Of a stretch of 64,000 bases of DNA, positions 38,866 through 51,858 are shown piece by piece. Made by a program: the position numbers and the translations under genes. The stretch's first letter is position 1. Each line of letters starts with the position of its first letter. The notes beneath the pieces were generated by a model. It was not told where the DNA came from, searched no databases, and saw only the letters and a program-made list of their open reading frames with translations. Where the stretch lies: the NCBI RefSeq assembly GCF_006345805.1, contig NC_043000.1:32302001-32366000 (forward strand). Reading direction: 5' to 3'. The DNA is from Octopus sinensis (Eukaryota).

Positions 38866-39891
38866 ATGTCTTCTTCGCGGATTTTGTTTCGTTGTCATCA
38901 TACACGTTTATTTTATCATGCCCCGTTTTGTATCAAATATTGTTCTCACACAATAACATTTAACAGATATCTTGCAACACGAAAACAAATCATCATGAAT
39001 GTCTTTGATCGTCAAACAAAACGTCTTCAACGTGAAAGGACATCGTTTGACCCAAACCAGGAAAAATATGAATATGTTAAAGATATTGTTGGCTTTCGTC
39101 TTGCTGATCGAATCTGTGACGTGAAGAGAAAGTTCGATACTGCACTCGATCTGGGCTGCGGTTATGGTCATGTCTCCAAGTGCATTTACAAAGATATGGT
39201 AGGAACTTTATATCAGTGTGATATGTCTCAAGGTGTTTTGCGCAAAAGTGCCGTGTCTTCTGAAGTACCGACTTATAAAGTTTTGGTCGATGAAGAATTT
39301 TTACCTTTCCGTGCAAATAGTTTGGATCTGTGTGTTAGCAGTTTATCTCTCCACTGGGTGAATGATCTTCCGGGAACTTTCCGACAGATTAATGAATGTT
39401 TGAAAAAGGACGGTTGCTTTATTGGATGTATATTTGGCTCGGACACCTTGTATGAACTTCGGGTGTCATTACAGTTGGCCGAAACAGAGCGAGAAGGTGG
39501 CTTTGCCCCTCATATATCTCCCTACACTGATGTCAGGGAACTGGGTGGTTTACTCACTCAGGCAAATTTCTCCTTATTAACAATAGATTTCGACGAAATC
39601 GTTATTAATTACCCTTCCATTTACGAATTAATGTTTGATTTACAAGGGATGGGAGAAAGTAATTGTGCTTGGTCACGCAAGAATTTTTTACATCGGGATT
39701 CAATGCTCGCCGCTGCTTCCATCTATAAAGAAATGTATGGCACTGAGAACAGTATACCAGCTACATTTCAAATTCTTAATTTTATAGGCTGGAAACCAGA
39801 CCCTTCACAACCTAAACCTGCCGCAAGGGGTTCAGCAACAGTTTCTCTGAAAGACTTAAGTAAACTTGATCAATTAACGAAAGATAAATAA
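38866..39891 (+). CDS. NDUFAF5: Arginine-hydroxylase NDUFAF5, mitochondrial complex I assembly factor (SAM-methyltransferase fold), single coding exon, 341 aa
   Basis: Uninterrupted ORF from ATG 38866. Basic presequence-like N-terminus. Motifs NVFDR, LDLGCG, SSLSLHWVNDLPG, TLYELR-x-SLQLAE-x-EREGGF-x-PHISP, DLQGMGESN, PATFQ and IGWKP. Confidence 0.96.
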   Translation: MSSSRILFRCHHTRLFYHAPFCIKYCSHTITFNRYLATRKQIIMNVFDRQTKRLQRERTSFDPNQEKYEYVKDIVGFRLADRICDVKRKFDTALDLGCGYGHVSKCIYKDMVGTLYQCDMSQGVLRKSAVSSEVPTYKVLVDEEFLPFRANSLDLCVSSLSLHWVNDLPGTFRQINECLKKDGCFIGCIFGSDTLYELRVSLQLAETEREGGFAPHISPYTDVRELGGLLTQANFSLLTIDFDEIVINYPSIYELMFDLQGMGESNCAWSRKNFLHRDSMLAAASIYKEMYGTENSIPATFQILNFIGWKPDPSQPKPAARGSATVSLKDLSKLDQLTKDK

Positions 39892-42048
39892 TTTAAACTG
39901 TAGAAAAATTTATATTCTTCGAGAGAATTTGTTTTGTTTTATTTATTTATATTGGACTAAAGAAGGTCTTTAAAATATCGAATGTCTAGTTTATCTGTAA
40001 TATACAAAGTTGAGATAAAATATTTTTTCACGGCAGTAAATTTTTTTTTTTTTTTTTTTGCTTTGAATTTCATTTATTATTGAGGTATAACGAAGTATTA
40101 AATACCCCCCCCCCACTTCTTTTTGCTTTTGTACTGAAACGAAATCGAAAGTAATTGAGTAAAAAAAATATTAAAGGAATTCAAATAAATTTAGTTAAGT
40201 AATTTATGAAAATATTAAGATATTCTTAGTCTGATATAAAATAATGACTTTGAAACGTCTTTACCATGACATGCACGAGCACCCCACATCATGACTGTGA
40301 TGCTATTTTTACGAAGAATGGCCAGCAGCAACTCCACTTCGCAGGGTTCATTTCTCTACATCAACCATCACAAACTGATAGCAGCTGGTCAGGTCCCTGT
40401 AAGAAATAATCTTCATCTCCATATCTTTGAAGTTGGTGGCAATAGGCCAGTTGAGGGCTTCTGGTGCAGGTGGTGACACACCAATATGCTGGTCAGACAC
40501 CATAATACAAGGCGAACAACATTATAGAGTGTAAGGTTTATTGAAACTAAATTCTGTCTTTGAGTTTCATGTCACGTAATCATCAGTCCAATAAATGGAC
40601 AGAGTCAACACCCATTGACAAGCAGCAAAAATGTTTATTAAGTTAGATATGGCCTGGACCAATCTTTGGTCGAAACATATCTAAGTTATATAAATAGTAA
40701 ATGAGTGGAAATCGAACCTGAGAGTGTTAGATAATAAAGCATTAAGACAATATGACTCTCCCCACACACAACATAATATAAACTATTTGTTATTCTCTTG
40801 ATCAAATTTTCACATTTCTGTAAAATTCTTGTTTATCCTGTCACTATTTTGATAAGCAGGATGTTGATAGGCAAAAACTATCGTTAGGATAGATAGGTAG
40901 AAGCTGCAAATCTCAGTTCCCTTGGCATTTTTCTATTAGAAAAGGGAACCCAGCAGTGCAGTTAAGGAGTTTGCTTCTCAACTCTCTCATTGCAGGTCCA
41001 GTTCCACCTCCTCCACAGACATCAACAACCAAAGTCAAGAAGAAACTTTTTGAGCCATATCCAACACCTACCAACATCTCAAGAAAAATGAGATTCCAGC
41101 TCCGGATGAGAAAGCTCAAGAACAACCTTCGTTCACCTGACATAGGTACCGCTTCTGCTGAAAAAACCTTCCTCCTTCTAAGTACCATAGATTCAGTGAA
41201 AGACCCTCAACTGCCTCAGAATGAAAACAGGATGGTCAAAAGTTACTTTGGTCAGATGGCGCTACAAGGCCAGCCCAATTACCTGTGACTGTAGAGATGA
41301 TGATCATACTATGAAATGCTGCCTTGTCTGCCCTCTTCAGCTCCTGTGGCACCTTTCAGAGTTCAATAAAAATGCAAAGAACTGTGAAGAAATGGCAAAC
41401 TGTCATATAAGCAGTAGAATTTAAAAGGCAAAAAACAAGTGCCACAGGTAATATCTTCAGCATAGCACCTCCAATATCTGCGAGTAAAAGTTGGTAGATG
41501 GAACTATTTCTAAGCCCATCTGAAAAATCCTTTTGGTTTTTTGGCAGCAGGCACAATCCGTTGCCGTATTTCTTGCTGGCTATTACAAAAGTAATCCCAA
41601 GTTTTTGATGTTTTGCATGATGTCTGTAAACAAAAACGCTTGTTTTGGTGTCGTTTGTTTCTAGTTCTCTGAAAAGCACATCTAAGCTATTTGTTGTTTG
41701 GCAGACCAGAAGATGATTGCCTCACTTGAAAACAGATGGAGCAGAGAGTGACAGGAAGGCGATTCTGACCATAGAAAACTGTGCTCCCACGTCATCTCAT
41801 TTGACCAATACTAGTAGGGAAATATCAACACTAAACCAATGATGATGAGGATGTTGGAATCAAAAGAATTGGCTTTACTCTTTTTTTATTAGAAAATACC
41901 ATATTTTTGTCTCAGAAATACAGGATTCCAAACATAATGTTTTCCAACATCTGGACCAAAGTTTTTACTGCATGAAATAATCACAGTTTACAAAGAATTG
42001 CTTTCTCAAATCACTTATTTTGCAGTTATCTAATTATGTTATCAACTA

Positions 42049-44125
42049 CACTGGCCAACAAATTCTAACTTTTTTTCTGCTGACCTAAGTTTGAGACCAG
42101 TTTTGGGGTAGTTTTGGGTCACTAAGTTTAAAAACGGCATTAGTTTTTTTTTTAAAACGTCTATTTTTTTTTTCTATGGGCTGGCCCATACTGGCCCCAC
42201 CCATAGCTCCATGTTTGAAATGTTTGAATTCCCCTGACTCCTTTTGTTATACATGTGGGTGTTTTACAATACCAAGTCAAAGAATGAAAGTTAATGACAT
42301 TGTGAAAAGATCCTACTTGGCTTACTTGAAGATTACAGTTGGTGGTCAGGATAAATCGTGGACCCACACAGTGTATGTAAACCCTATGCCAATGGACAAA
42401 GGGCACAAGGAAACAACCAACATTTGGCATTCCTGTGATACGGTGAGAGCCAAAGAACCATGGAAACAATTGCTACTTTTGTCTGACAATGACTTCTGGT
42501 TATAGCAAGAGAACCTGACAGAAAATAAGTTACCCAAATCTGGATTCCGCAATTCATCCAGTGCTTCACTCAGATGGAATACCAGAACCTGTTTTCAAGG
42601 ATCTACCTTCACTGCAAGATGAAAGTGCAGATATATATGAAGTAGATGTAAATCATGGACATGACAGTGATACAGACTTTGTAGAAACATCAACCAAAGA
42701 ACATGAAAACTTCAACCAGGCAGAACTTGAGGATTTAGTTAGAGACCTAGGACTGTCAAAAGAGTTATCGGAACTGTTAACTTCTAGGCTTAAAGAGAAG
42801 AATTTGTAACAGAAAGAAACAAACTTGACTTTTTATCAGAACAAAGAAAAAGATCTCTTGTCATTCTTTACAACTGGAAAAGATTTTCGTTTACTATTGT
42901 GATGTGGCAGGACTGTTAAACGCAATGGGTGTTGAATGCCAACTCTTTATAGATAGTTCAAAGAAGAGTCTAAAATGTGTATTACTCCAGAATGGAAACT
43001 TGTTTGGTGCGCTTCCTATAGATCAGTCTGTACACTTAAAAGAGAATTATGGTCACATGAAAGTTGTATTAGATTTACTTAAGCATGATGAACACAAATG
43101 GGTCATATGTGTGGCTCTAAAAATGGTCAAATTTTTACTTGGCCAACAAGGAGGATATACAAAATATCTGTGTTTATGGGATAGCCAAGCGAGAGACGAA
43201 CGTTGGGAACAAACTCTGGCCAGTTAGGAAAAGTTTGACTTGGGGAGAAGAATATCAAACACCGACCACTTGTTGAGTGAGAGAAAATCATCTTTCCACC
43301 TCATCATATTAAACTAGAACTAATGAAGTAATATGTCAAAGCTCTTAATGTAGAGGGTAACTGTTTCAAATTCCTATGTACAACATTTTCTGGCCTAAGT
43401 TAAGGGAAAATAACAGCTGGTATTTTTGATGGGCCACAAATCAGAAAGTTATCAAAATGTCTAAATTTCTCAAGCTTGATGACTGACATAGAAAAAAGAA
43501 GATGGGATTCATTTGTGGTGAGTGAAAGGGCTGCAAACTACAAGGATTTGGTGAAGACATTAGTTGACAACTTTCATCTTTTGGGCTGCAACAAAAGCAT
43601 AAAGCTTCAACTCTTCAATAGCCATCTCAATGAATTTCCTGCTCGTTTTGGAGACGTGAGCAATGAACATGGTGAGCGTTTACATCAAACAATCAAGATT
43701 TTGGAGGAGGATATCAAGGCCAATGGAACACACACTTATGGCAGACTGTGGTTGGCGTATTCAAAGAGACTGTGTAGACATGAAACACTCCAGGCACTCT
43801 TGCAAGCAGAAATCCGTTCCATGAATCTGAAGATATGTGTATAATGGTTTGTGTTTTATCCATCCTATTAGAAAATTATCAGTAAAAGGTGGTGCTATCT
43901 TACCTTTCATGTTTTGTTGACAGCATAACTTATGGTTTGAAGCTATAAGACTTAGTAAACTATCCTGACCAAATAAATTATTTCATCATCATAAAATAGG
44001 GGTAAGCTATAGAATGAAAACTTGATGTTTTAGGGGGAAATGGATGCCATATTTGAAATCAGCATCTCAAAATTAACAAAAAACAACCACAAAACCAAAG
44101 TCAGCAAAATGTGTGTTGACCAGTG
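42049..44125 (+). mobile_element. Full-length decayed DNA transposon, Chapaev3-like (CMC superfamily)
   Basis: TIRs CACTGGCCAACA / TGTTGACCAGTG (CAC...GTG termini), flanked by CTA/TTA. Transposase pieces CLNSPDSFCYTCG, LFIDSSKKSLKCVLL, PPHHIKL and SNEHGERLHQ. Superfamily assigned from recall. Confidence 0.78.
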
Positions 44126-45264
44126 TTATAGAATTATAGCAAAAGTTAACGTATTTTCCATGCTGGCATGGACTGGGCAGTTTGATGGGGGTTGGCAAAC
44201 CAGAGAACTACACCAAGCTCCAATTGTCTGTTTTGGCATGGATTCTATGACTGGATGCCCTTTCTTAAGCCAACCAGTGTACTGGGTGCTTTTTACGTGG
44301 CACCAGTGGGGTTGCCAAGTAGCTTGCAAGAGAGAGGCAACCAAGGGAAGTGATTGTGAGCCAGGTGAGAGTATAAATAAGGGGACAGAGAGAGTTGCCT
44401 ACGAATGCCAGTTTCATGAAACAAGGCTTCCAGAAATGATTCTGAATGCTCATAACATTCTTGAAACTGAATCTTCAGAATCAGCATCATCATCGTTTAA
44501 CGTCCACTTTCCATGCTAGCATGGGTTGGACGGTTCGACTGGGGTCTGGGAAGCCAGGAGGCTGCACCAGGCCCAGTCTGATCTGGTAGAGTTTCTACAG
44601 CTGGATGCCCTTCCTAACGCCGACCACTCCGTGAGTGTAGTGGATGCGTTTTATGTGCCACTGGCACGAAGGCCAGTCGAAGCGGCAACGGCCACGTTCC
44701 GATGATTCTTTTACGTGCCACCGACACTGGTATCACAGCTGCAGTGTCGGTGGCACGTAAAAGAACCATCCAAACATGGCCCTTTACATTTAGATTTATT
44801 TTGTTAAACCTTTTCATTACCATATTTCTGTTGGAATACACTGCCTTAATTTCAATTAATTTTGGAAATAATGAAGAATTTCGTAGAATAACGTTGTAAT
44901 TCTTGGAACAGGAATCAACACGGAATTTTGAAGGTTTTCATTTGGATCCCTTTAAAACGAGGTTTGTATCATAAAGCCAGGGGTGGTGGTCCTAGATGGA
45001 TTGGTATCAAAAGGGTTAAATAGAAGTCTTGGACCAGATTCTTTAAAATAACCCAGAAAGATTCAGCTTTGCCAAACAAAAATGTTTCCATTTGGAGGTA
45101 CAGGGGTGAGGGGGGGAATCTGTTGTTATTTTTAAGGGAAATAAAGGAAAAGTTGAACATTATTTTTGCCCTCTCAGAGGAAATGAAAACTTCAACACAT
45201 GTTTTCACTTCATTTCAGTTATTTTAATGAAAGCAAAGAAAGGTGTAATAAATTCGGTTAACGA

Positions 45265-45306
45265 TCAATTGTCATCTTGGATCAATTTTTTGGCTTCATC
45301 CTCCAA
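45265..45306 (-). CDS. Probable last coding exon of the death-domain gene (LEDEAKKLIQDDN*)
   Basis: Strong acceptor tttattatatttttgcag. Phase 0 matches the upstream donor. Ends in TGA, with ATTAAA about 40 nt downstream (45223-45228). Confidence 0.6.
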   Translation of the reverse strand: MEDEAKKLIQDDN

Positions 45307-45385
45307 CTGCAAAAATATAATAAATATATAATTAAAACATGGATTAAAATATGGAGTCAGTCATTCATTCATTCAGCAGCAGCAG

Positions 45386-45760
45386 TGGAGGCGCAATGGC
45401 CCAGTGGTTAGGGCAGCGGACTCGCGGTCGGAGGATCGCAGTTTCAATTCCTAGACTGGGCGTTGTATGTGTTTATTGAGCGAAAACACCTAAAAGCTCC
45501 ACGAGGCTCCGGCAGGGGGTGGTGGCGACCCCTGTTGTACTTTTCACCCCAACTTTCTCTCTTTCTTCCTGTTTCTTGTCCCCGACTTCCTACGCAACCG
45601 CTGAGCCTGGATGCGCATTTATCCATCCGTCGATGCTCTCAGTGTCGGGTGTTGACCTGTTTTCTCTTCTGCGGGTCTTACGAATACCAAAGGACCATGT
45701 TTCGGACTTCTCCCATCTTGCGAGCCCTGGGACGAAGACCGCTTCGCTCAACAGCAACAG
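45386..45760 (+). mobile_element. tRNA-derived SINE, same head family as 19808-20106 but different tail
   Basis: TGGAGGCGCAATGGCCCAGTGGTTAGGGCAGCGGACTCGCGG head, flanked by CAG/CAA repeats. Confidence 0.85.
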
Positions 45761-46587
45761 CAGCATCAACGACCGACCGTGACCATGGTCGAGGCAATGG
45801 AATTTACCATGCTACGCCACCACCACCACCATGGTCATCATCATTCTCATCATCATCCTCATCAGCAGCACCACCTTCATCATCATTATCACCACCACCA
45901 CTACCGTCAGCATCATCACTACCACCACCACCCATCACTTAACTAACTGAACCTTTTAATAGCACAACACATTGTTTATGTAGTTAACAAGTTCACTTCA
46001 CAGCCATGAGGTATTGGGTTCAATCCCATGGCTTGGTAATTTTGGTATCTTCTTTTATAACCCTGGAGCAACAAATGCTATGCGAGGAAAATTGGATGAC
46101 AGAAACTGTACGAGGCTCAATGTATGTGAATGTGCATGTGTGTACAAAGTGCATATATGTTGGTATTCCATGCTGTTACTGCTCGTGTGAAGCAGAGCAT
46201 GGCTGTTGTGTGTGTGCGTGCATGTGTACCTTGCCTTGATGTCACAAGATGTAAACAAACCTCAGTCATACAACCGAATGTGACTCATTTCCAGCTCTGC
46301 ATGGAGAATATGTCCTTCCAAGAAGAAATATTATCTTATTTGGAAACAGGTAAGTGTTGCAGCCAAGAAAGGCATTGAACCATACAAAATTTCCCTCGAC
46401 AAACTCTGTTTAATCCATGCAAACATGGAAAAGTGAATGTTGAAACAAAGGTGGTGGTGGTGGTGGTGGTGACAGTGATGGGAAAGAGTTTAAAACTTAC
46501 ATAAATGACCAAGATACCATTTCAAATTTGGCTTTGGTTTGGGGTGATCTTAAATTTATCAATTACAGTCACAAAAATTCAAAAATA

Positions 46588-49500
46588 ACAAGATTTTCTG
46601 GGCAGGGAACAGACACAGGTACAAGATTTTCTGGGCAGGGAACACTGACGGGGTTGGTGGCGTGGGTATAATTATCGCTGAGAAATGGATAGATAGAGTA
46701 ATTGAGGTAATCAGAGTAAGTGACAGAATACTTAAGATTAGAATAGTGCTTCATAATAGATTAGCAACCATTATATCGGCCTATGCCCCTCAGCCAGGGC
46801 TACCCGATGGACAGAAAGACAGTTTCTATGACACCCTACTGCAGACCACCTCATCGACGAACGACAGGGACCTTCTCTTTGTGGCTGGTGATTTCAATGG
46901 GCATGTTGGACGACATGCTGGGGGCTTCCATGGCGTACATGGAGGCTACGGTTATGGTTCCCGCAACGAGGAGGGAACCAGGCTGCTGGAGTTCTGCGAT
47001 GCGAATAGTCTTATGGTCTGCAACACTAACTTCAGGAAACCAACAAGCCACCTGGTCACCTACCGATCGGGCCGGCATACTAGCCAAATCGACTACATCC
47101 TTGCCAGAAAAAGGGAAAGATGGCTGCTTAAAAATGCCAAAACCTTCCCAGGTGAAGAATGCACCCCACAACATAGACTGGTAGTTAGTGACTTTAGGAT
47201 CAGGACTAAGAGGGCGACTAGAAGACGACCAACATGGAGAAGAAGGGTCTGGAAGCTTAAAGCCCCTGCGAATGGACAGAGATTTAGAGATATGTTACTT
47301 GAAGCCTTTGACGAAGTGGAAGGGGGTATAGCTACACATGGGGTAGAAGACAACTGGACGTTTCTGAGGGACAACCTGCTGAAAGCCGCTGACCAGATCT
47401 GTGGCTGGTGCAAAGTCCCCTTAAGACCCAAAATAACGTGGTGGTGGAACAATATTGTTGACAGGGCTATTAGACAAAAGAAACAGGCTTGGAAGGCCTG
47501 GAAGAACGGTGGTAGCAGGAAGGGTATCAGACTGCCAGAAGGGAAGCTAGGAGACAGGTCTATCTAGCCAGAGGGGAAGCAGATAAGAGAAAATTTGCCA
47601 ATGTCCTGCGCCGTGAGGATGAAAGACTTGAGGTATTTCGTGTTGCAAGACAGTGTGTGAGAGAGAATCGTGATGTGGTAGGAGAGAAATGTGTTCGCAT
47701 GGAGGATGGTTCACTTGCGCTAAATGAGGATGCAAAGAGAGAAGCTTGGAGACGCCACTATGAAAGGTTACTGAATGAGGAAAATGAATGGGATAAAGAG
47801 AGTCTGCCGAATGTTGACCCTACAGAGGGACCAGCTATCCGAGTTGATAGTTCCGTGGTAGCTAAGGCAATTAGAAGCATGAAGACAGGGAAAGCCCCAG
47901 GCCCATCAGGAATTACTGCAGAGATGCTCAAAATATCTGGCAGTGTCGGCTATAACCTAGTCACCCGTATAGTCAACCAGGTGATACACGAAGGAGTCAT
48001 ACCCAATGACTGGTGCAGCAGCATAGTAGTCAACTGCTACAAAGGTAAAGGTGATGCCCTAGATACAAATAATTACAGAGGTATCAAGCTGTTGGATCAA
48101 GTAATGAAGGTTACGGAGAGGGTCATAGCCCAACTAATTAGAGAGAGAGTTAGTTTAGATGAGATGCAGTTTGGGTTCGTGCCAGGAAAAAGTACCACTG
48201 ATGCTATATTCCTGGTAAGGCAGCTGCAGGAGAAATACCTAGCCAAAGATAAGCCCCTGTACCTGGCTTTCGTTGACATGGAGAAAGCTTTTGATAGGGT
48301 CCCCCGATCCCTTATCTGGTGGTCAATGAGGAAACTAGGGATAGATGAATGGCTGGTGAGGACTGTGCAAGCCATGTACAGAGATGCCGTAAGTAAGGTT
48401 AGGGTTGGCAACATGTACACAGAAGAATTCAAAGTAGAGGTTGGGGTCCACCAGGGTTCAGTACTCAGCCCCCTCCTATTTATCATAGTACTCCAGGCAA
48501 TTACGGAGGAATTCAAGACAGGCTGTCCCTGGGAGCTCCTCTACGCTGACGACCTTGCTCTTATTGCTGAGTCACTATCAGAACTGGAGGAGAAGTTCCA
48601 GGTGTGGAAGGAGGGTTTAGAATCAAGGGGCCTTAGAGTCAACCTAGCTAAAACCAAAGTACTAATAAGTAGAAAGGTAGACAATCCACAAATATCTTCA
48701 GGAAGATGGCCCTGCTCGATCTGTAGAAAAGGTGTAGGTAGAAACTCTATAAGATGTACCCAGTGTAAGCTATGGACACATAAGAGGTGCAGCAATGTCA
48801 AAGGTAGGCTAACTGGGAAGATAGTTTTTGTATGTGGCAGATGCTCGGGAGCATTAACCTCCGAAAATCTGCAGAAAACAACTTCCGTCACTTTCCAGGG
48901 GGAAAAACTAGAAGTAGTTGATAGCTTCCGTTATCTAGGTGACCAAGTCAGGTGGGTGCGCTGAAAGTGTAACTGCTAGAATAAGAATAGCCTGGGCAAA
49001 GTTTAGGGAGCTCTTACCTCTGCTGGTGACTAAAGGCCTCTCGCTCAGAGTAAAAGGCAGACTGTATGATGCGTGTGTACGAACAGCCATGCTACATGGC
49101 AGCGAAACATGGGCTGTGACTGCTGAGGACATGCGTAAGCTCGTGAGGAATGAAGCCAGTATGCTCCGATGGATGTGTAATGTCAGTGTACATACTCGAC
49201 AGAGCGTTAGTACCTTGAGAGAAATGTTGTACCTAAGAAGCATCAGTGTGGTGTGCAAGAGAGACGATTGCGCTGGTATGGTCATGTGGCGAGAATGGAT
49301 GAAGATAGGTGTGTGAGAAAGTGCCAATCCCTAGCAGTTGAGGGAACCCGTGGAAGAGGTAGACCCAGGAAAACCTGGGACGAGGTGGTGAAGCACGACC
49401 TTCGAACTTTAGGCCTCACTGAGGAAATGACCAGAGACCGAGACTTTGGAAATATTCTGTACGTGAGAAGACCAGGCAGGACAAGTGAGCCCAGCCCACT

Positions 49501-50302
49501 TATGAATGCCTTTCCTCCCTTGGACACAAAGACCGGTTGAGGCAAGCGAAGTCGATATAGAACCTCATCCGACGACAGACACCATCCCAACCCCCCATGC
49601 CTGCGAAGACATGTTGGGGCAAGCGAAATCGAAACCGAATTGAACCAGCCAGGATCCCTGGCCTGGTGGTACGTAAAAAGCACTATCCGACTCGGGGCCG
49701 TGGCACGTAAAATACTCCAATGCGACCGTACGACAGGCACCCATGCCAACCCCTTTGCTTGTGAAGACATGTTGGGGCAAGCGAAATCGAAATCGAATTG
49801 AACCAGCCAGGATCCCTGGTCTGGTGGTACGTAAAGCACTATCCGACTCGTGGCCGTGGCACGTAAAATACTCCAATGCGACCGTACGACAGGCACCCTT
49901 GCCAACCCCCTTTGCTTGTGAAGACATGTTGGGGCAAGCGAAATCGAAATCGAATTGAACCAGCCAGGATCCCTGGTCTGTTGGTACGTAAAAAGCACTA
50001 TCCGACTCGTGGCCGATGCCAGCACCGCCTCGACTGGCTCCCGTGCCGGTGGCACATAAAATACACCAATCTGACCGTGGCCGTTGCCAGCCCCGCCTGG
50101 CACCTGTGCAGGTGGCACGTAAAAAGCACCCACTACACTCACGGAGTGGTTGGCGTTAGGAAGGGCATCCAGCTGTAGAAACATTGCCAAATTAGACTGG
50201 AGCCTGGTGCAGCCTTCTGGCTTCCCAGAACCCCGGTCGAACCGTCCAACCCATGCTAGCATGGAGAACGGACGTTAAACGACGATGATGATGATGATGA
50301 TG
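46588..50302 (+). mobile_element. Young 5'-truncated RTE-clade LINE with APE, RT (YADD), PHD-like insert, tandemly repeated 3' UTR and (GAT)n tail
   Basis: Long ORFs 46662-47567 and 47657-48964 plus C-terminal pieces, broken by about three frameshifts. Ends ...GGACGTTAAACGACGATGATGAT. Lies antisense in the last intron of the death-domain gene. Confidence 0.95.
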
Positions 50303-50429
50303 AACTCAAATAAAATACTTTTTGCACTTTAAAAAAATTCATTTTTTCAATTAGAAATTTGAAAAAACCTAAAATAATTATCCTCCCTTTTTTTGGCTCC
50401 AAAATGGAATTTCTGAATCTAAAGCAAAC

Positions 50430-51470
50430 AGTGACAGTGCTTACCATTCTTTTCACCAAAGCTGCCAATCAGAGTGATACTGAGAGTACAACCTTCTTAA
50501 ATACTGCTAAGTCCTTTATATTTAAGATCAAAAAAGTGCTCCTGGCTTCTGGTGGGAATATGTATTCCGTGGCCAAAAGAGAACATTCTTAATGGTCAAA
50601 CATTGTCAGAATCCCACGAAGTCATTGAAGGCGATTCCCAATCATCTCTCTGTGACGGAGTTAACAATTAGACATGTGGTGTGGAAAGAATTCGAGTACA
50701 AATCCTATTTTATGAGAAGAGGGCAGTTCATGTCTGATAAGACCCAGGAGGACCGTGTGATCAGGTTGAAGCACTTGTTGACCGAACTCAAGTACCCCGA
50801 GGCACCCGACATGTTCTGGTTCTTCTCAGGTGTCCAAGATCATAAAGTGAACAACCCCACTGAAGTCCCTGCTGGATTGCACACTAAGTAACCATCGTTT
50901 GTGAATGTCTTGGGGATCATGAGCAACAAGGGCCATGCCATGCCTCCTCACATTTTCCCACAAGGTTTCAGAGCTATGAAAACAATGGGTGTTAAGCCCT
51001 CAATTGAGAGAGTTGCTGGAGGAAGGACTTACGCCCAGTGAAACTCTTCTTCCTCTCACACAGCCTGCAAGACTCTAGAGTGGATGGCCAAAAACTTTCT
51101 TGATCTCATTACCCCTAACATTTGGCCTCTTAGCTCTCCTGATTTAAACCCCGTGGAGTTCTACATCTGGGACACCGTTGAGAGGGAGACCAACAAGCAT
51201 GCCCACAATAGCAAGGTCTCTTAATGCTTATCATAAGGTACATTATGGCCAACAAGAATAAAGATCACCTGATCAACACATTTAGTTGTTCCAGAAACTG
51301 TATCGAGGCAGTAATCAGGGCTGGTGGCAGTTTATTGAATAGCCTTTTTGCTATGTGCCTAGAAGAAAATATGAGAACCAAATTCTTTAAAAATATATTG
51401 GTTCTTCTAAGAAATATTTTTGTTTCCCTTGAATTAAAATTTTCTCCTCAAATAGCTGACACACCCTGCA
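50430..51470 (+). mobile_element. Decayed DD37D/maT-like transposon
   Basis: VLGIMSNKGHAMPPHIFPQG and WPLSSPDLNPVEFYIW. Right end ...ACACCCTG|CA. Confidence 0.8.
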
Positions 51471-51858
51471 TAGCATCATCATCATCAGTTCCATGTTGGC
51501 ATGAGTTGGACGTAAAGGAATATGATTAATCCGCCTCGTTAATATTTTAAACAATTGCACAAACAATCATATCTGCTTGTAGTGAAAAACTAACATAAAT
51601 ACTAAGATATTTAGATTCCTTAACAACAATATATTTTGCCTCGAAATGAAATCTTCCATATCTTATTTGCCTGCATTTTATCAACGTCACAGGGATGAAA
51701 AGCCAAGCTTAGTACAGCAACATTTCCAATAACGAAAATAGCAAAGCAAGGTAGAAACCATAAACTGCGAGCTATGTTGCAGTTATCTCCCTTGGTTTCA
51801 GATTATTTCACAACAAAAGAAAAAAAAAGATTGAAACCATTTGCCCAAAGTGTCTTAC

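Noticed and set aside
46501-46548. Alternative last exon for the death-domain gene (ITPNQSQI*)
   Set aside because: The acceptor lacks a pyrimidine tract; 45306 is much stronger.
49282-50262. 326-aa minus-strand ORF with internal repeats
   Set aside because: Antisense frame of the RTE 3' UTR tandem repeats, with no independent coding signal.
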